Part shown: positions 38,648 through 52,457 of the stretch, in pieces
Layout of the letters: each line of letters opens with the position of its first letter
Position numbering within the stretch: position 1 is the stretch's first letter
From: Chrysomallon squamiferum
Lineage: Eukaryota > Animalia > Mollusca
Assembly: GCA_012295275.1 (NCBI GenBank)
Contig: CM022674.1
Coordinates: forward strand, 10,292,001 to 10,356,000
Length of the DNA: 64,000 nucleotides
Direction: 5' to 3'
Translations under genes and position numbers: made by a program
The notes under the pieces: model-generated
Told to the model about the DNA's origin: nothing
Seen by the model: only the letters and a program-made list of their open reading frames with translations
Database searches by the model: none

Positions 38648-40522
38648 TGCATGTGTAACTGGTTCATGATCGAATATAATGTTCCGACCTTTTAAAATTG
38701 TTATTAAATAATCTTTCATTTACAATTTTAAAACTGTCAAATGTTATTTGAATTAATTATTGTAGCAATGTTTCTTTTCGTTCCTTCTTTTTTTCGCATT
38801 CTTATCCCTTTTATTAACATGACTACTGATAAAAAAAAAAAAAAAATTAGCGTCATATCATACAGTAAAAACTGAACTTCGGCATTATAATTAAACAAGA
38901 ATAACGGAACAAATTCTTTTCAAAAAGAAATCTTTCACTTTATTAATAACACTGAAATACAGTAATACATATTTACAATTCTGACGAAGTTTTCCTTTTT
39001 ACTGCAGTGAAAATGTGGAAATTATTGGTGATCAAACTCATTATAATCTGAAACAATATTAACACGTACATATATTTTTAGCTAACATGGAATTACACCT
39101 CAATTATTATAAATAGAATTAGTCTCGATATAATAATAGTGCGCGGCAACCGTACATTTAGTCACATAGTTCTAGATAAGCATCGAAAACAGATGGTCTG
39201 TGTGGTAGTGATTGTCCGAGCATTCTAATGTCCTTTTCAGAGAAATTGTTTATTTGATTACTTTCGAGAATGAAACGAGATAGCAAACACTTTTGACATT
39301 AACTGATTTGTGATGGCAACAAAATGGATGTTTGAATCTTGGAAGGGAGATCAATCTTGTCCACCATAGTAATATTTTTAAAACCAGAACTTTCTAATGC
39401 TGTATCTGTTATTTCATTTATTTGTGAGTTTATTGTTACTTGGCACTTTTCTTTGTGAGGTCAGATTTACAGTTTGCACGGTACCGCAGCAAATAACTAA
39501 TTCATCAGGCCGTATATTATCGTAGCCTTCTTAGGTTTACAATATCGTAAAACTTATCGTAACTGTTTATATTTATATATTATAAAGTTATTAAATATCA
39601 GTTGTAATAAAAGTAATAAATACTGGGACCCACTAATGGCCGAAAAAGCCGACAAATCGTTAAAAATGACCGACAAATCGTTAAAAATGACCGACAAGTA
39701 ATGCTGATTAACATCTGTTTCAATGTTTTTATTATTATTAATCTTTTGGGGGTGTTTGTTGTTTTGTTTTGTTTCTGTTTTTGTATTATTATTATGACTA
39801 AATTATAAAACTGCTCATAAATTTAATAACATATTTAAAAAAATATATATATATTTTTCCCCCTACTTACATATTTAGCTTTCTTTATTATATTGGCAAA
39901 TGTCTGTACTGGAGTTATATCCCTTAACTTTTGAATAAATAAATAAATAAATAAATAAATACTAAGTAAAAAAAAAAAAAAAAAAAAATAATAATAAAAA
40001 TAATTATGTAAGTAAATACATAAATAAAGAAATCAGAAAGATGGAAATGGAAAAAAAAAAATCTAAAAAAAAATAAAAAATCAATCTAACCTCCAAAATC
40101 GAGTTTCTTGATGAACAACATCAGTTGATCAAATATATCACAATTTGTTAAACACATTAACTTATAACAACAGCAAAACTAATAACCATACTGGTAATCA
40201 TCTAAAATATTTCCTACATTCTAAATAGTACAGTTTAAAAAAAAATAATAAAGAAAGAAAGAAATAAGGAATAAAATAAATTACATAAATGATTATAATT
40301 TGCCATTATTTTTCCTTCATAAAAATTAAAATTGCTATGACAAACAAAAGGCACACTTGCAGTTTGTTTATTGATGTTTAACAAAGACCATTCAAAGCAG
40401 TATACATTATCTATCACAGATTTAAATAAATAAACACACAACATCAAACACTTATAAAAAACACAACAAAAACCCAATAACTCTTGTAATAATTAAAATA
40501 AGAAATAATAATAAATAAATAA

Positions 40523-40566
<44 letters not shown>

Positions 40567-43500
40567 AAATAAGAAAATAAATTAAATTAAAAACAAAAAA
40601 ACAAATCAACAACAGAAAAATAAATTTTAAATATAATAATGCCCAGTCTGTAGTGGTTTGAAAAAAATGCCCACAAATTTTTATATATTCCTTAATTGTG
40701 TTAATAATTTTCATTTTTTTTGGTTTGAAGTTTAGTATCAAACATTAACAACTTCACTCATTTTGTAAATAAATTACTTCTTATATAATAATGAGATTCA
40801 GAAAATTAAGGACACATTTGAGGAATTTAAAGGGGTGTAATAAAGTTTTTATTTATTTATTTCAATTGTTTGATGCCACAAAAAAGAGTAAAATGACGAT
40901 CATCATGCACTTAAAAATTGTCTGTTAGAAAATATAGCAAACATTCTCATATCAGAGAATCTTTTAGAGGGATGTTACAGTGTTACAAAGGATTTTTTAA
41001 TATATTTATTTATGTTTTAATTGTAACTGAATGAAATTAATAAGGACAGTTCTACACATTTCTAGTTATTTCAGTTTTATAAACAGTTCTGAGAAAGCAT
41101 TTCCTAATTCTCTATTTAGGTGAGTGTAGATACTGGATAATGGATAATGGTTATTTGATAATTATTATTATTTTACAATTATTTATTCATTTCATTTATT
41201 TATTTTTATTTTTTTTTTTTATTAGTATTATTAGTATTTTTTTTGTTGTTGTAGTTTAGAAACTTTTCTGAATAATAATTGAGAAAAAAAAAATTCTCTC
41301 TGGTATAAAATAAAGTGAGACACCAGTAAACTAGTTTAAATACATTTTCAGTTATTAAAATTAAAATTATGTAAATAATAATAAAATGTATTTCATGTTG
41401 TGATTTGGGGATGCACATGTTTTCTAAAATGATACTATGTTTCAAGTTGATGAATAAGTAGCAATGATGGAAAAAAGCACAATGAAAATAAATAACATGT
41501 AAAACTAAATAAATAAATAAAGAAAGAAAGTATATAAATAAATTGAAATTACTGCATTTATAGATCTGATGTTTAAAAATATTTGTAAAATGCTTTGTTA
41601 TGTTTTTATTCTTGATTTTTGATTATTTTATTATTAGTACTTAAATGTTTCAGACAGTTCAACTACAGATAGAGCTGAACGGTTTGAGTATTTTTATACA
41701 TTATTCAACTAACTGATGATTGTAACAATACTTAATAACATTCATCTAACTCTGCTTTAAAGCTAACTACCAATTTCATTGATTCTTGATTTTTGCCTAA
41801 AATAGGGTTTAAAATGGTAAAATACAATCAAGGTAACTGAAAGTATATATAAATAAATATCTCGGGTATCAAAACCAAAACATTTTAAAAACATAATTCT
41901 ATATGACATTGTAATAAATACCTCAAAAATTTCTATTAACACAGTTAATTTGTTATTATTTCTATCTGCTAAAATTACTCAAGAAATCTTCAGGTACATT
42001 TTCATATTTCTTTGAAGCACTGCTGATTGTAAGGTAAAATACACAAAATTATGTAATTATTTGAAAGTTGTTGCTGAATCTAGCAAAGCATAAATAAATT
42101 TAAAAATAAAAATCAAATCAATACATACTTTTAACTGTTTGAAGCTGTATTAGCAGTGAGAAATAAAATACATGTAGACAAACACAGTAGTAGGATGTAT
42201 TCATATATATATATATATCAGAATAGTTACTTTTCTTTACATACAAGCACTACACAGTTACACGTGAATCCATACCAGAGTTATGGTCCTTTACACACTA
42301 ACAGTACAGTTATATATGGATCAGTAACAGAGTTATGGTCCTTTATATACCGACACTACACAATTATACATGGATGCAGAATAGTTAGTCTTTTCTGTAT
42401 CAACAATGGTCAGTCATTCATAGATATAGGATTGTAATAGTCCTTTACATACACATACAACATTATATTTACTGAGAATAGATTTATGGCCCATTTACAC
42501 CAGTAATAGACGGTTAGTTACACATGGATACAAAACAACAGTTCTACAAACAAAATCACACTGACAGAAAATAATGTTTTAGTTCAAAATATATGGTGAA
42601 TATATAAAAACGTTTTTATTCTGCATATTAATTTTACTGACTGGCTCCTGTAAATGGTACTGTAATTGTTATAAACAGAATATAAATTTTGTAATTATCT
42701 AAACTTTTATTATTACACACCCAGAAAGAGGTGCCACTGCAGAGTACTGTTAATGGCAATGATTTAAAGGTATTAGAACTTGTTAGATATTGTAATAATT
42801 AAAGAAAAACAAAAAGACAATAACTGAATAATATTTATATAATTAAAATTACAATATAACTAAAAGGAAAAAAATATGAACATTATTTTTAAGCTAATAA
42901 TGAATTATTTAAGTTTATTTCTGAAATATTTTCATTCATAAATCTGAGTTGTTCAGGTGTTGGTAAAATGAAATAAAATAGTAATATGGAAGAGTTTAAC
43001 AAGTGGCAACACCTTGAAGCATAAAAATAATTACAATTTTAGTTATATAATTATTTTATTTATTGTTTTTTGATGATGTTCTTAAATAAGCAACCTGTGA
43101 ACAAATTATTATTTAATAGTTACTGTTAACAGAAATAGGGGTAAACAAAATTTTTCTTAATTACTATTTTATATTATTAAGTTGCTGTTGTATATAATTA
43201 TTTTATTTATTGTTTTTTGTTGTTTGTTTGTATGTTTTTTAGAATAAACAAAATTATTTTATATTATTAAGTTGCTGTTGTTTTTGTTTGTTGTTTGTTT
43301 GTATGTTTTTTAGATTAATAAATTAGTTTAAATTTAATTTTTTTTTTTTTTAAATCTCTCAAGCACAGTTATCAAAAAGAAACACAATGAGTAAAACAGC
43401 ACATTAAACAGAAACATAACAAAACATTAAGATACACTTATATATGTCCTGAGATTCTTTATTAATTTATTATTATTACTATGATAGTGTGTGTGTGTAG

Positions 43501-44683
43501 GTGTGTGTATGTGTGTTGTGTGTGTGTGTGTTTTAAAAAAGTTTTCTTTATGAATGAGGTTGAAAAATGATTATACAAGAACAATATTTAGTTTTACATT
43601 ACATTAAAAAAAAAAAATTCATTTCTGAGCAGAAAATATTTAACCAAACTTATTTTAGAATGCAATGTGCCAAAAACAGTAAACATATTTATTTTAAATT
43701 CCAGTGAGCAAATTTTCAGATTAAAAACAAAATGTCTGACAAAAAAAAAAATTAAAAATCATCAATACTTTAAATAAGTAAAACATTTAACAGTTTCTGT
43801 TTCAGAGTACATGATTGAAAAATAAAATTATTTTAAGCAGGCTGCTTCAAAAGGTGATTAAAAACAAGCAAATTAACTAACTCTTGTTAAAAAATATATA
43901 TGAATGCAAAAATCTCCATGTTTACATTTAACTAAAACAGCTGAATTAATTAAAAACCACATATGAACACTATAGCATTATATATATAAATTACTTTCAA
44001 TAAACTACACGAAATAGTGTAGTTTTCACACTTGAATGCTTGTCAAAAAAGGGTTAACTAATTCAGTTTATCTTTGATGGTTTAAATTCTGAAAATCTTA
44101 ATGCAGTAACAGAATGTGTTTAAACAGATTCTGTGGAGATATGTTTAGGTAAACTCAGTTACTTATGGTAAGCAGATTGTTATTAGGTCCACTGAAAGGA
44201 AACAGTTTGATGAACAAATTCTTAATAATTCAGAATCACTCAAAAATTTATAAAATGAAGATGTTTCAACTAACTAAAATTCATTCAGCAAAAAAACAAC
44301 TATTTAAATTAAGCTAAAATATCAAATGCTGCTTTCAAATCACATGATATATTAATTCACCAAAAGATAAGAAAGCTGTAGCAATGTTGATAGTGAAACT
44401 AGTTAAGCACAAAATAGCATCAGTAATACAAAATGTCAAGCACACATTAAAAACAAAATTTAGTCAATAAATAATTTGTGCAACTGACATGAAATCAGTT
44501 CTTATTCCAAAATCATTTTTACTAATCACTATCATTCTATTCCACCATTGCCAAAAAACAACAACAAAAAAAAACATATGCTTCAGCTACAATTCAAACA
44601 CATTTTTTTTTTACCATCAAAAACCTTACATCCTTTCTTCAGTTACCACAGCCACTGCTACCATGGAAACTGCCCACATTCTG

Positions 44684-45300
44684 TTACCGGTGAAAAAGCG
44701 GTTCACCTCCAGGTCCTGGTATTTCAAAGTTGGCATGCGACACTCCATACAGCACTAACATGATTAAACCTACAATGACAGTTGTTATAGCCAGGGCCAC
44801 ACCCGACGCCCTCCACGAGCTCACAAATCTTGGAGGGCCGATGGCGCTAAGAAGAGCTGTGCACAGTGTCAGTGTAAACACAATGGACACCGAAGTGTTG
44901 ATGAGAACGATGTCACCAAACTTGGAAAATGGCTGGATGGTGGTTTGTGTGAGAGGGACTGCAGCGATTATTGTAGTTATAGCACTGCTGACTATTGCAA
45001 CACCGATGTGATGTATCGCTAGTGACGTTCGCCGTTGTCGTAGTTTGGAGTTCGACTGGAACATAAACAGGATGTTAATCATTTATAATAATTTTTTTTT
45101 TTTTTAAGTCAGCAGTATGAAAAAAAACCCCACAGTATTAAAAATAACATTGTTTTAAAATGAAAATATTTATAATTCAAACTGAATAAACAATCAATAG
45201 ATTACATTCTTTTTAAGATTTATTTGTAAATAAAAAAATAATGAAATGTAAAATATGGATAAGATGTTGACTTTTATTGAAAAGCAACCATATGCAACAT

Positions 45301-45355
<55 letters not shown>

Positions 45356-47256
45356 GTTGAAACAAATATTCATAGTGTTTTTCAATCTGACATTTGAGTG
45401 TGTGAGTTTGTTTTACACATGACTGAAATATATGACATACATATACATACTGGAAGGTGAACAGAGGTGTTTGAATAAATCTGTGTTCAAATATTACATT
45501 ATAGTCTTTGAATTTCACTTACAATGTTGTGATCTTTTGTTCCAACCCAACACACAGACAGACACACAGATACAAACTAAAAACACACCTCATCTGCTGA
45601 AGCTGGGTGCTGTCGGCCTGCGAGAAGATAACCCTCAACAAGGTGAACACAGTAGTCAACAGATGACCCAACAAGTATAGATAAAGACACCGCCTCCACT
45701 GCGCCCATCTCCCACCCTGCCAGGTAAAATATTGCCACAACCACACAGATCATCACTGCAAGAAAAATGTCAAAATTTGTTTTAAAACAAAATTAATTAA
45801 TTAATGAAAATAATACGTTCTGCTCACAATGTCTTAATTTTCTTCTTCATGAAGATTAGAATAACATCTGATGTTTATACTGACTGTTTGCTCATTTTAG
45901 TTAATGCTGCTTATTTTTTTTTATATAATAGATCACATCTTTTATCAGAAAATATTCTATAAGTTGAAAAAAACCCCAAAAAAACCTTATCTTTGTACTG
46001 GCAAAGTGTTTAGTTTTCAGTTTTCAGAATGAAAGAAGAAATAAATTAACTTACCAATAATTGTTGTAACGATGATGCAAAGAAGTAAAATGTTGCCAGT
46101 GAATATGGCGATGGCAATGATGCAGATGATTAGTGATAAAACTAGCCCGTAGATGGCACTACTCACAGCAACCACTTCCATTAATACCTTATAAAATAGA
46201 TAAAAAGTAAATACAATTTAAAAAAAAAATTTAAATATATAATTTTATATAGACATAACTGAAAAACAAAATTGTAATGTAATTAATGTAATACATTTTA
46301 AGGTTAAAAAAATTCTTGAAATAAATTTTAAAAATAAATTAAATTTGACCAATCACAAATCAAGAATAAAATCAGCCAATCACAAACCTTCTTCCAAAAC
46401 TTGGAGGCTTGGAACATTGACTGCAGTGGTGAATCACCTTCAAGTTTTTCTTCTTTTATATACTGTAGAAATTTTTCCCATTTTTGGTACTGATTGTAAG
46501 CAGTGAAGTATGACTGACCTTTCATAGTGGTCTAAAGTAATAATGATAATAATAATAGTAATAATAACAACAACAACAACAACAATAACAATAATAATAA
46601 ATGTAATAATAATAGTGATAATAATAACATTAAAACACTAATAGAATTAATAATAATAACAAAATAACAACAATAATAATAACAATAACAATAATACAAA
46701 ATAACAACAATAATAATAACAATATAACAATGATATGAAACAACATTATCCTTTACACTAATCAATAATATTAAAAATATAGGTGAAATTATTATAAATC
46801 AATTAATATAAAATAAAATATGTTTTGTTTAATATCTTAACTCTTGTTTAAATCTTTCAAATGGACAGGACACCACATGTCATATGGTTATCCAGCAGTG
46901 ACTGGAATGGGAAATTAAATGAGTAGGGCAGGTCGTATAGCTAACCATGTCTAATCCCTGTACATTACGTGCTAACAACAGTAGCCTAAGTAAAAAATAA
47001 TCAACACAGTCTACTCACAGACTCAAAGGCAAAAGCCAGCCACAGAAGATGAGTGTCATTAAACCCACCCGCAGCATGTATGGGGTCTTTCTGGAGGTGG
47101 GTGTCCATGGGATGGGGTATGTCTCTGCATTCGTCAATATCAGCCATGATGATCTGTTCTATATTTACTCCTGGCACTGAAAAACATGAATGAATTGTTA
47201 AAAATAGTCCAAAATATTCAAAATGTAATGTTTACTATCAAAGGAACTGTATGTGT

Positions 47257-47312
<56 letters not shown>

Positions 47313-50300
47313 TTGTATCTATAAGTATGTATGTAAGATTTATGTAGATATATGTGTATGTATATGTCTATAAATTCATTTTTAGTAATCTTTAAATTAA
47401 AATGCCATCAAATAAATTTCTTTTAAAATACAAAACAAATACACTGTAAAACTCTGTAAGTACTGATATAAAGTACTAAACAAACACAAACTTTGTGGTA
47501 CGCAGTGAGCTGTTCCATTTCTGACAAGTTCTGTGTTGTTAGCAATCAGCTTACAAACACGACACAAATCTCGAATCACATTTTTCTTCATCGAGTTGTC
47601 TGAGAACCTTTTATCAAACACAACTTTGCCCTGTAACACACAGACAACATAAATTTAGTATGTGATATAATGAATTCTTGTTAATGTTATTACTTGTTTC
47701 AAATAATTTACTTGCCATGTCTTACTGTGCATGTTTGTTGTGTGCATGCATGTGTATTAGTGTGTGATGTGTGCATATGTATGCAAGTGTATGTGTGTGT
47801 GTGTGTGTTTGCACACAGAATAAACTAATTGACTCAACAAGATTTCTGAAATATCTTTAAAAATACTGAAGATACAGGTTAAATTCAGAATCATTTCCAA
47901 GTCTGTTTTTTATGTTTTTTTAATTTATCGATACTTTCAAAAATATTTTTGTTAATCCTAGTTATTGATGACATGATAATAATGAGACAGAAAATGTTTG
48001 CCTTATATTCACTGATCACATGTCCAGCAGAGACTTCACTTCTGTCCAGAGTTTTGATGCCGAAGACAATGTAGACAATGGTGCCGGTCTGTAACAACGG
48101 CCTGTCTTTCAAGTTACTGCAGTCACGATTCTTACACGCATTGAAATTCTCTGCTACAGACTCCACTTTGTCTATCACTTTCTCATCATTGTCTGATTAA
48201 TAATAATGATAATAATGATAATAAAGATAAAGATAATGATAATAACAAAGATATGATGATAACAATGATTCTAATGATGATGCTAATGATAATAATAAAG
48301 ATAATGATACTAATGATAATGATAATGATAATGTCAATGATAAAAGTAATGACAATGATGATGATGAAGATGATGATGATACAGCATTGAGAAATAATGT
48401 GTGAAGTGACAGTGGTTGTAGCAGCTGTAGTGGTAGTGGCAGAGTACTTGTAGAAATAACAGTAGTAGAACTAATAGATATTGTATTACTTTATAATCAT
48501 TAAGATCATTGCAACCACTTTTGTTGTCTAATTATTTTTATATAAACAAAAAATCTCTACACATTTTATCTTGACAGAAATAATCTCAAAATAGTAAATA
48601 ATATAAAAATGTTCATACTGTAGTTATAGGACGAGGATGTTGTTGTTGATTGTTTAAAAAACTGATGAAATGTTGGAATGAGTTTTTCTGTTGTTTTCTC
48701 TTTCTTCGTCAACCTGTCTTTCTTGCTTGTTGTCGCAGCATGCTGAGTTGATGTTGAGGTCAGATCATGACCAAAATGGTTGGTTGAAAACGTTGGTACG
48801 GTCACTGTTGATGCTGTTGGTTTTGTGCTGAGCCAGTGAGTTGGAGTTTTAGTGTGTGGATGTGACGAAGTAATAGTTGGAACCTTTCCTTCCTGTAACA
48901 AAACAAAATAACAACAACAAACAATTAAATAAAAAACATGCAGATATAGCTGAAACAAATTTTCAACAAACACACACACACTTATAGCCAGAAACAGATA
49001 CCCCTCCCCACACACAGTCATCATCAGAACAGAACTGATGTTTCTCAAACCATCATGGTTAATTTATAAATTAAACTGTTAAACAGTCATCACTAAATTA
49101 AACTAATTAATAATTCTTTACATGATTTCACATTTGACATTAATAAAACATTGTGTAATTAATTGTAAATGCTTTATATTTAATTAAACATATTTATATA
49201 CAGATTTAAGAAATATTATTTTCACAAATAAACAAAAATACTATAGAGGTGAATATAATATTTAAATACAAACAGGTATTTTCAAATACAGATTTAAGAA
49301 CAACAATTTTTCATAAATAAATAAACATAAATGTCATATATGTTAAATGATAATAATATTTAATTACAAACACATATTATTTAATACAGATTTAACAAGG
49401 ACAGTTTTCACAAATAAATGGAAACACTACACATATTTTTACACAAACTTTATAGTAGGCAGAACACTTGTCACACTGCAGGGTGTCGATGATGCTGAAG
49501 TTTGCTTTCAGGTCCAGCAGTTTCTGAAGGTTTGTGTTAGGATGGAACAGCTGTGGAGGTTTGGTTGCTGGGTGTAACTGAGTCATTAACCCTATAGCTG
49601 TCACAAACACGAGACCAAACATGCCTGAAAAACAGTTAAAAGTGAAAATATTATACAGTTATTAGATGAAGCAGATGTAGATATGAAAAAGAAAAGAAAG
49701 AGCAGGAAAAAATGATTGAGAGATGGAGAGATGAAGAGATACCGAGATGGACAGATGGTGAGACAAAGAGAAACAGCAAAAGCAAAAAGGAGATATACAA
49801 TAAAAATATAAAAAAGTGTGCAAATTTTTAAATTCTTGTTATCAAGTGTTGAAAAAAATAAAAAATAAAAAGTTTATATAGATAACAACTAATTATTTAA
49901 GAAATATTGAATCATTTGCATCTTACCTATAATAAACCATCTGGCTTTGATAACCCCAAGAGCGAGGTATTTTGTGAGACCTATCTGAAGATAGGCTCCT
50001 ATGTTGAAGCCATCAGAATGACTGAGGTAGGAGGAGGTGTCTGCTGTGTTTTCGTGATACGGATCTGGTACCAGCAGAGGTACATCATCACTGTCATCAT
50101 CAGCAATCGCTGCAAGAAATATTAGAAATCATAACTGAAATAATATCATATATAAATGCATGTAGGTACAGAAATATAGTTGTTCTATGTACATTATACA
50201 TCTATTCTCATAATTTGCAAATACCTTTAAAGTATACCAGTGGAGATATGAACACATAATCAAAAGTATATTCTACATTCTTCATGTTATGTTTTATTTG

Positions 50301-52396
50301 TTTTCTTAATTATATATAAAAAAAATACATGTTTATGTAGTGACGTTATCACATACAGGTAATATATTTGCAATTAAGTTGATTTCAGATGTAAAGTAAA
50401 ATGGCAGCTTCAAATACTTGTAACAGTATTATTGTGTTATATGCTAACAAGATCCTATACCAATAAAATAGATACAATTTTATTAGATAAATTATTAGAT
50501 AAACATGATGAATGCTATAGACACCTGAAAGTGAGTAAATAATAACTTAATCATGTGATATACCTGGCACTTCCATCTGAATCAGAGGTACATCATCATC
50601 ATCGTCCTGGACAGCAGCCTGTACTGGTGTTGTTGTAGTTGTATCTACAACATGTCTCGAGTCAATGGGATCTGATACAGTGATTTTCTGACGACAATGA
50701 AGACTATAAATAAATAAATAGAAAGACACATAAATAAACAAATTAATAAAGCTAGATAGCTAAATAAATAAACAAATAAACTAAATAAATAAGTAGATAG
50801 ATGAGCAGGTAAACCAATAAATAAATAAATAAATATAAAAATGAATAAATAAATACAACCACTGATAATAAAGAAACAACAAGAAAAGAAAATAGAAAAT
50901 AATAATACTCATTGTTTAGCTGCTTATATAAAAATATTTAAATTTAAAATATGCTTATATTCCGAGTTATAATATTTCTCAGTATGATGCATATTAATAG
51001 AATTTAATAATCCTTGCTTTTTAAATCATTATTTAAGGGACAAAAATGCAGGATGTACTCACAAGATCAAACAGTATCGCTCACACACAGAGAAACAGCA
51101 GTGCCAGATGTACAGCGCTGGTGGCATCATCAACACCACCGTCACCCAACAGCAGCTCACAATCAGTGACATAAACAAACCAAACTCGTACACCGCCGGT
51201 ATCTGAAAGTAAGTAAATTAATAATAAATAACTGATATAATAACAACAATTAATATAAGAAATAATAAAATATATTAGACTGAAAGTTGAAACCTATTGC
51301 AGTATTCTATGACTGATTAAGAAAAGTTAATAATTATTTTTTTTATAAATAACTTCTCTTATAATAAAGTATTTATGTGATATTTGAAGGAATGGAAGAA
51401 AGTCGACTGACGATAGTGGGTCCTCAGGTCCTCCACGATTCAGTTCACACCTTGAAATTATGAAAAATACTAGCAAAATAAAAAAATTAAAATTAAAATA
51501 ACAAGTTTTTATCACTGTTACTTACAGATGATGCTATGTTGGCTGCAAATGCTGCAGCAGTTGTGGCCGAAGTGAAAAATGTTGCTTTCCCAGCAGTGAG
51601 TATTGTGTGTTTCATGCGTTTCTTGATACATTTCATGTGTGATGACTGATGAAAAATGTTCACAAACACAAAAATATCATCAACTCCTGCAAAAACAAAT
51701 AAGATGATTTTATTAAAATGGATTCTGCTGGAATGATTTGCATTAAAGTAATTAAATGTTTACCGTATGTTACTATAATTAAAGTATTCAAGGCAAATAT
51801 TATGCAGTTTAATTTCTATATCACTTAAATAATAATATCCATGGCCAAGATTGAAATACATATAAGTGCATGTTATGTGTTCATTATACTATATTTACAA
51901 ACCTGTATCATTGAGGTTTTAGACATTATCAGTTATCATATCTGCAGCAACATTTCTGGCTTTTCAGAATTATTAACAGCTGTTTTGATATCATGAGCTT
52001 TCACAATGCAAACAACATTTTCAAACTTACCTATGCCAATGATAACAAAAGCTGCAGCTCCATTAAGAATTCCAAGAGCGTTGATGTTGAAAACTTCCCT
52101 GTAGAAGAAAATGGCGAGTGGGAAGCTGAGGAGGATGCTGGCGATGCCACACATGGTAAGCCAGACAGAGAATGAAGTGAGGACCAGCATGAGAACTATG
52201 ATAGCTACTAGAGTTATCAGCGCCATCTTCATGTCCTTCCAGAAAGTTGTCTCCACCTCGTAATCAAACAGCTCATTACCGCCAAACAACACTCGCACCT
52301 TTCTGTTTGTAACAAATTTAAATAGAAAACAAATAGATTTCTCTTTCTGTAACACTCTTTCTTTCTCTGTCTTTATCACAAAGAGAGAAAGCGAGA

Positions 52397-52457
<61 letters not shown>

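Noticed and set aside
39505-39700. Possible small Harbinger-like MITE and 21-bp tandem repeat (aaaaatgaccgacaaatcgtt)
   Set aside because: The inverted repeats are weak, there is no TSD, and there are only 2-3 short repeat copies.
38500-44600. Short ORFs between the TIR gene and the DISP3 3' end
   Set aside because: No coding signature; consistent with 3'UTRs or intergenic DNA of two convergent genes.
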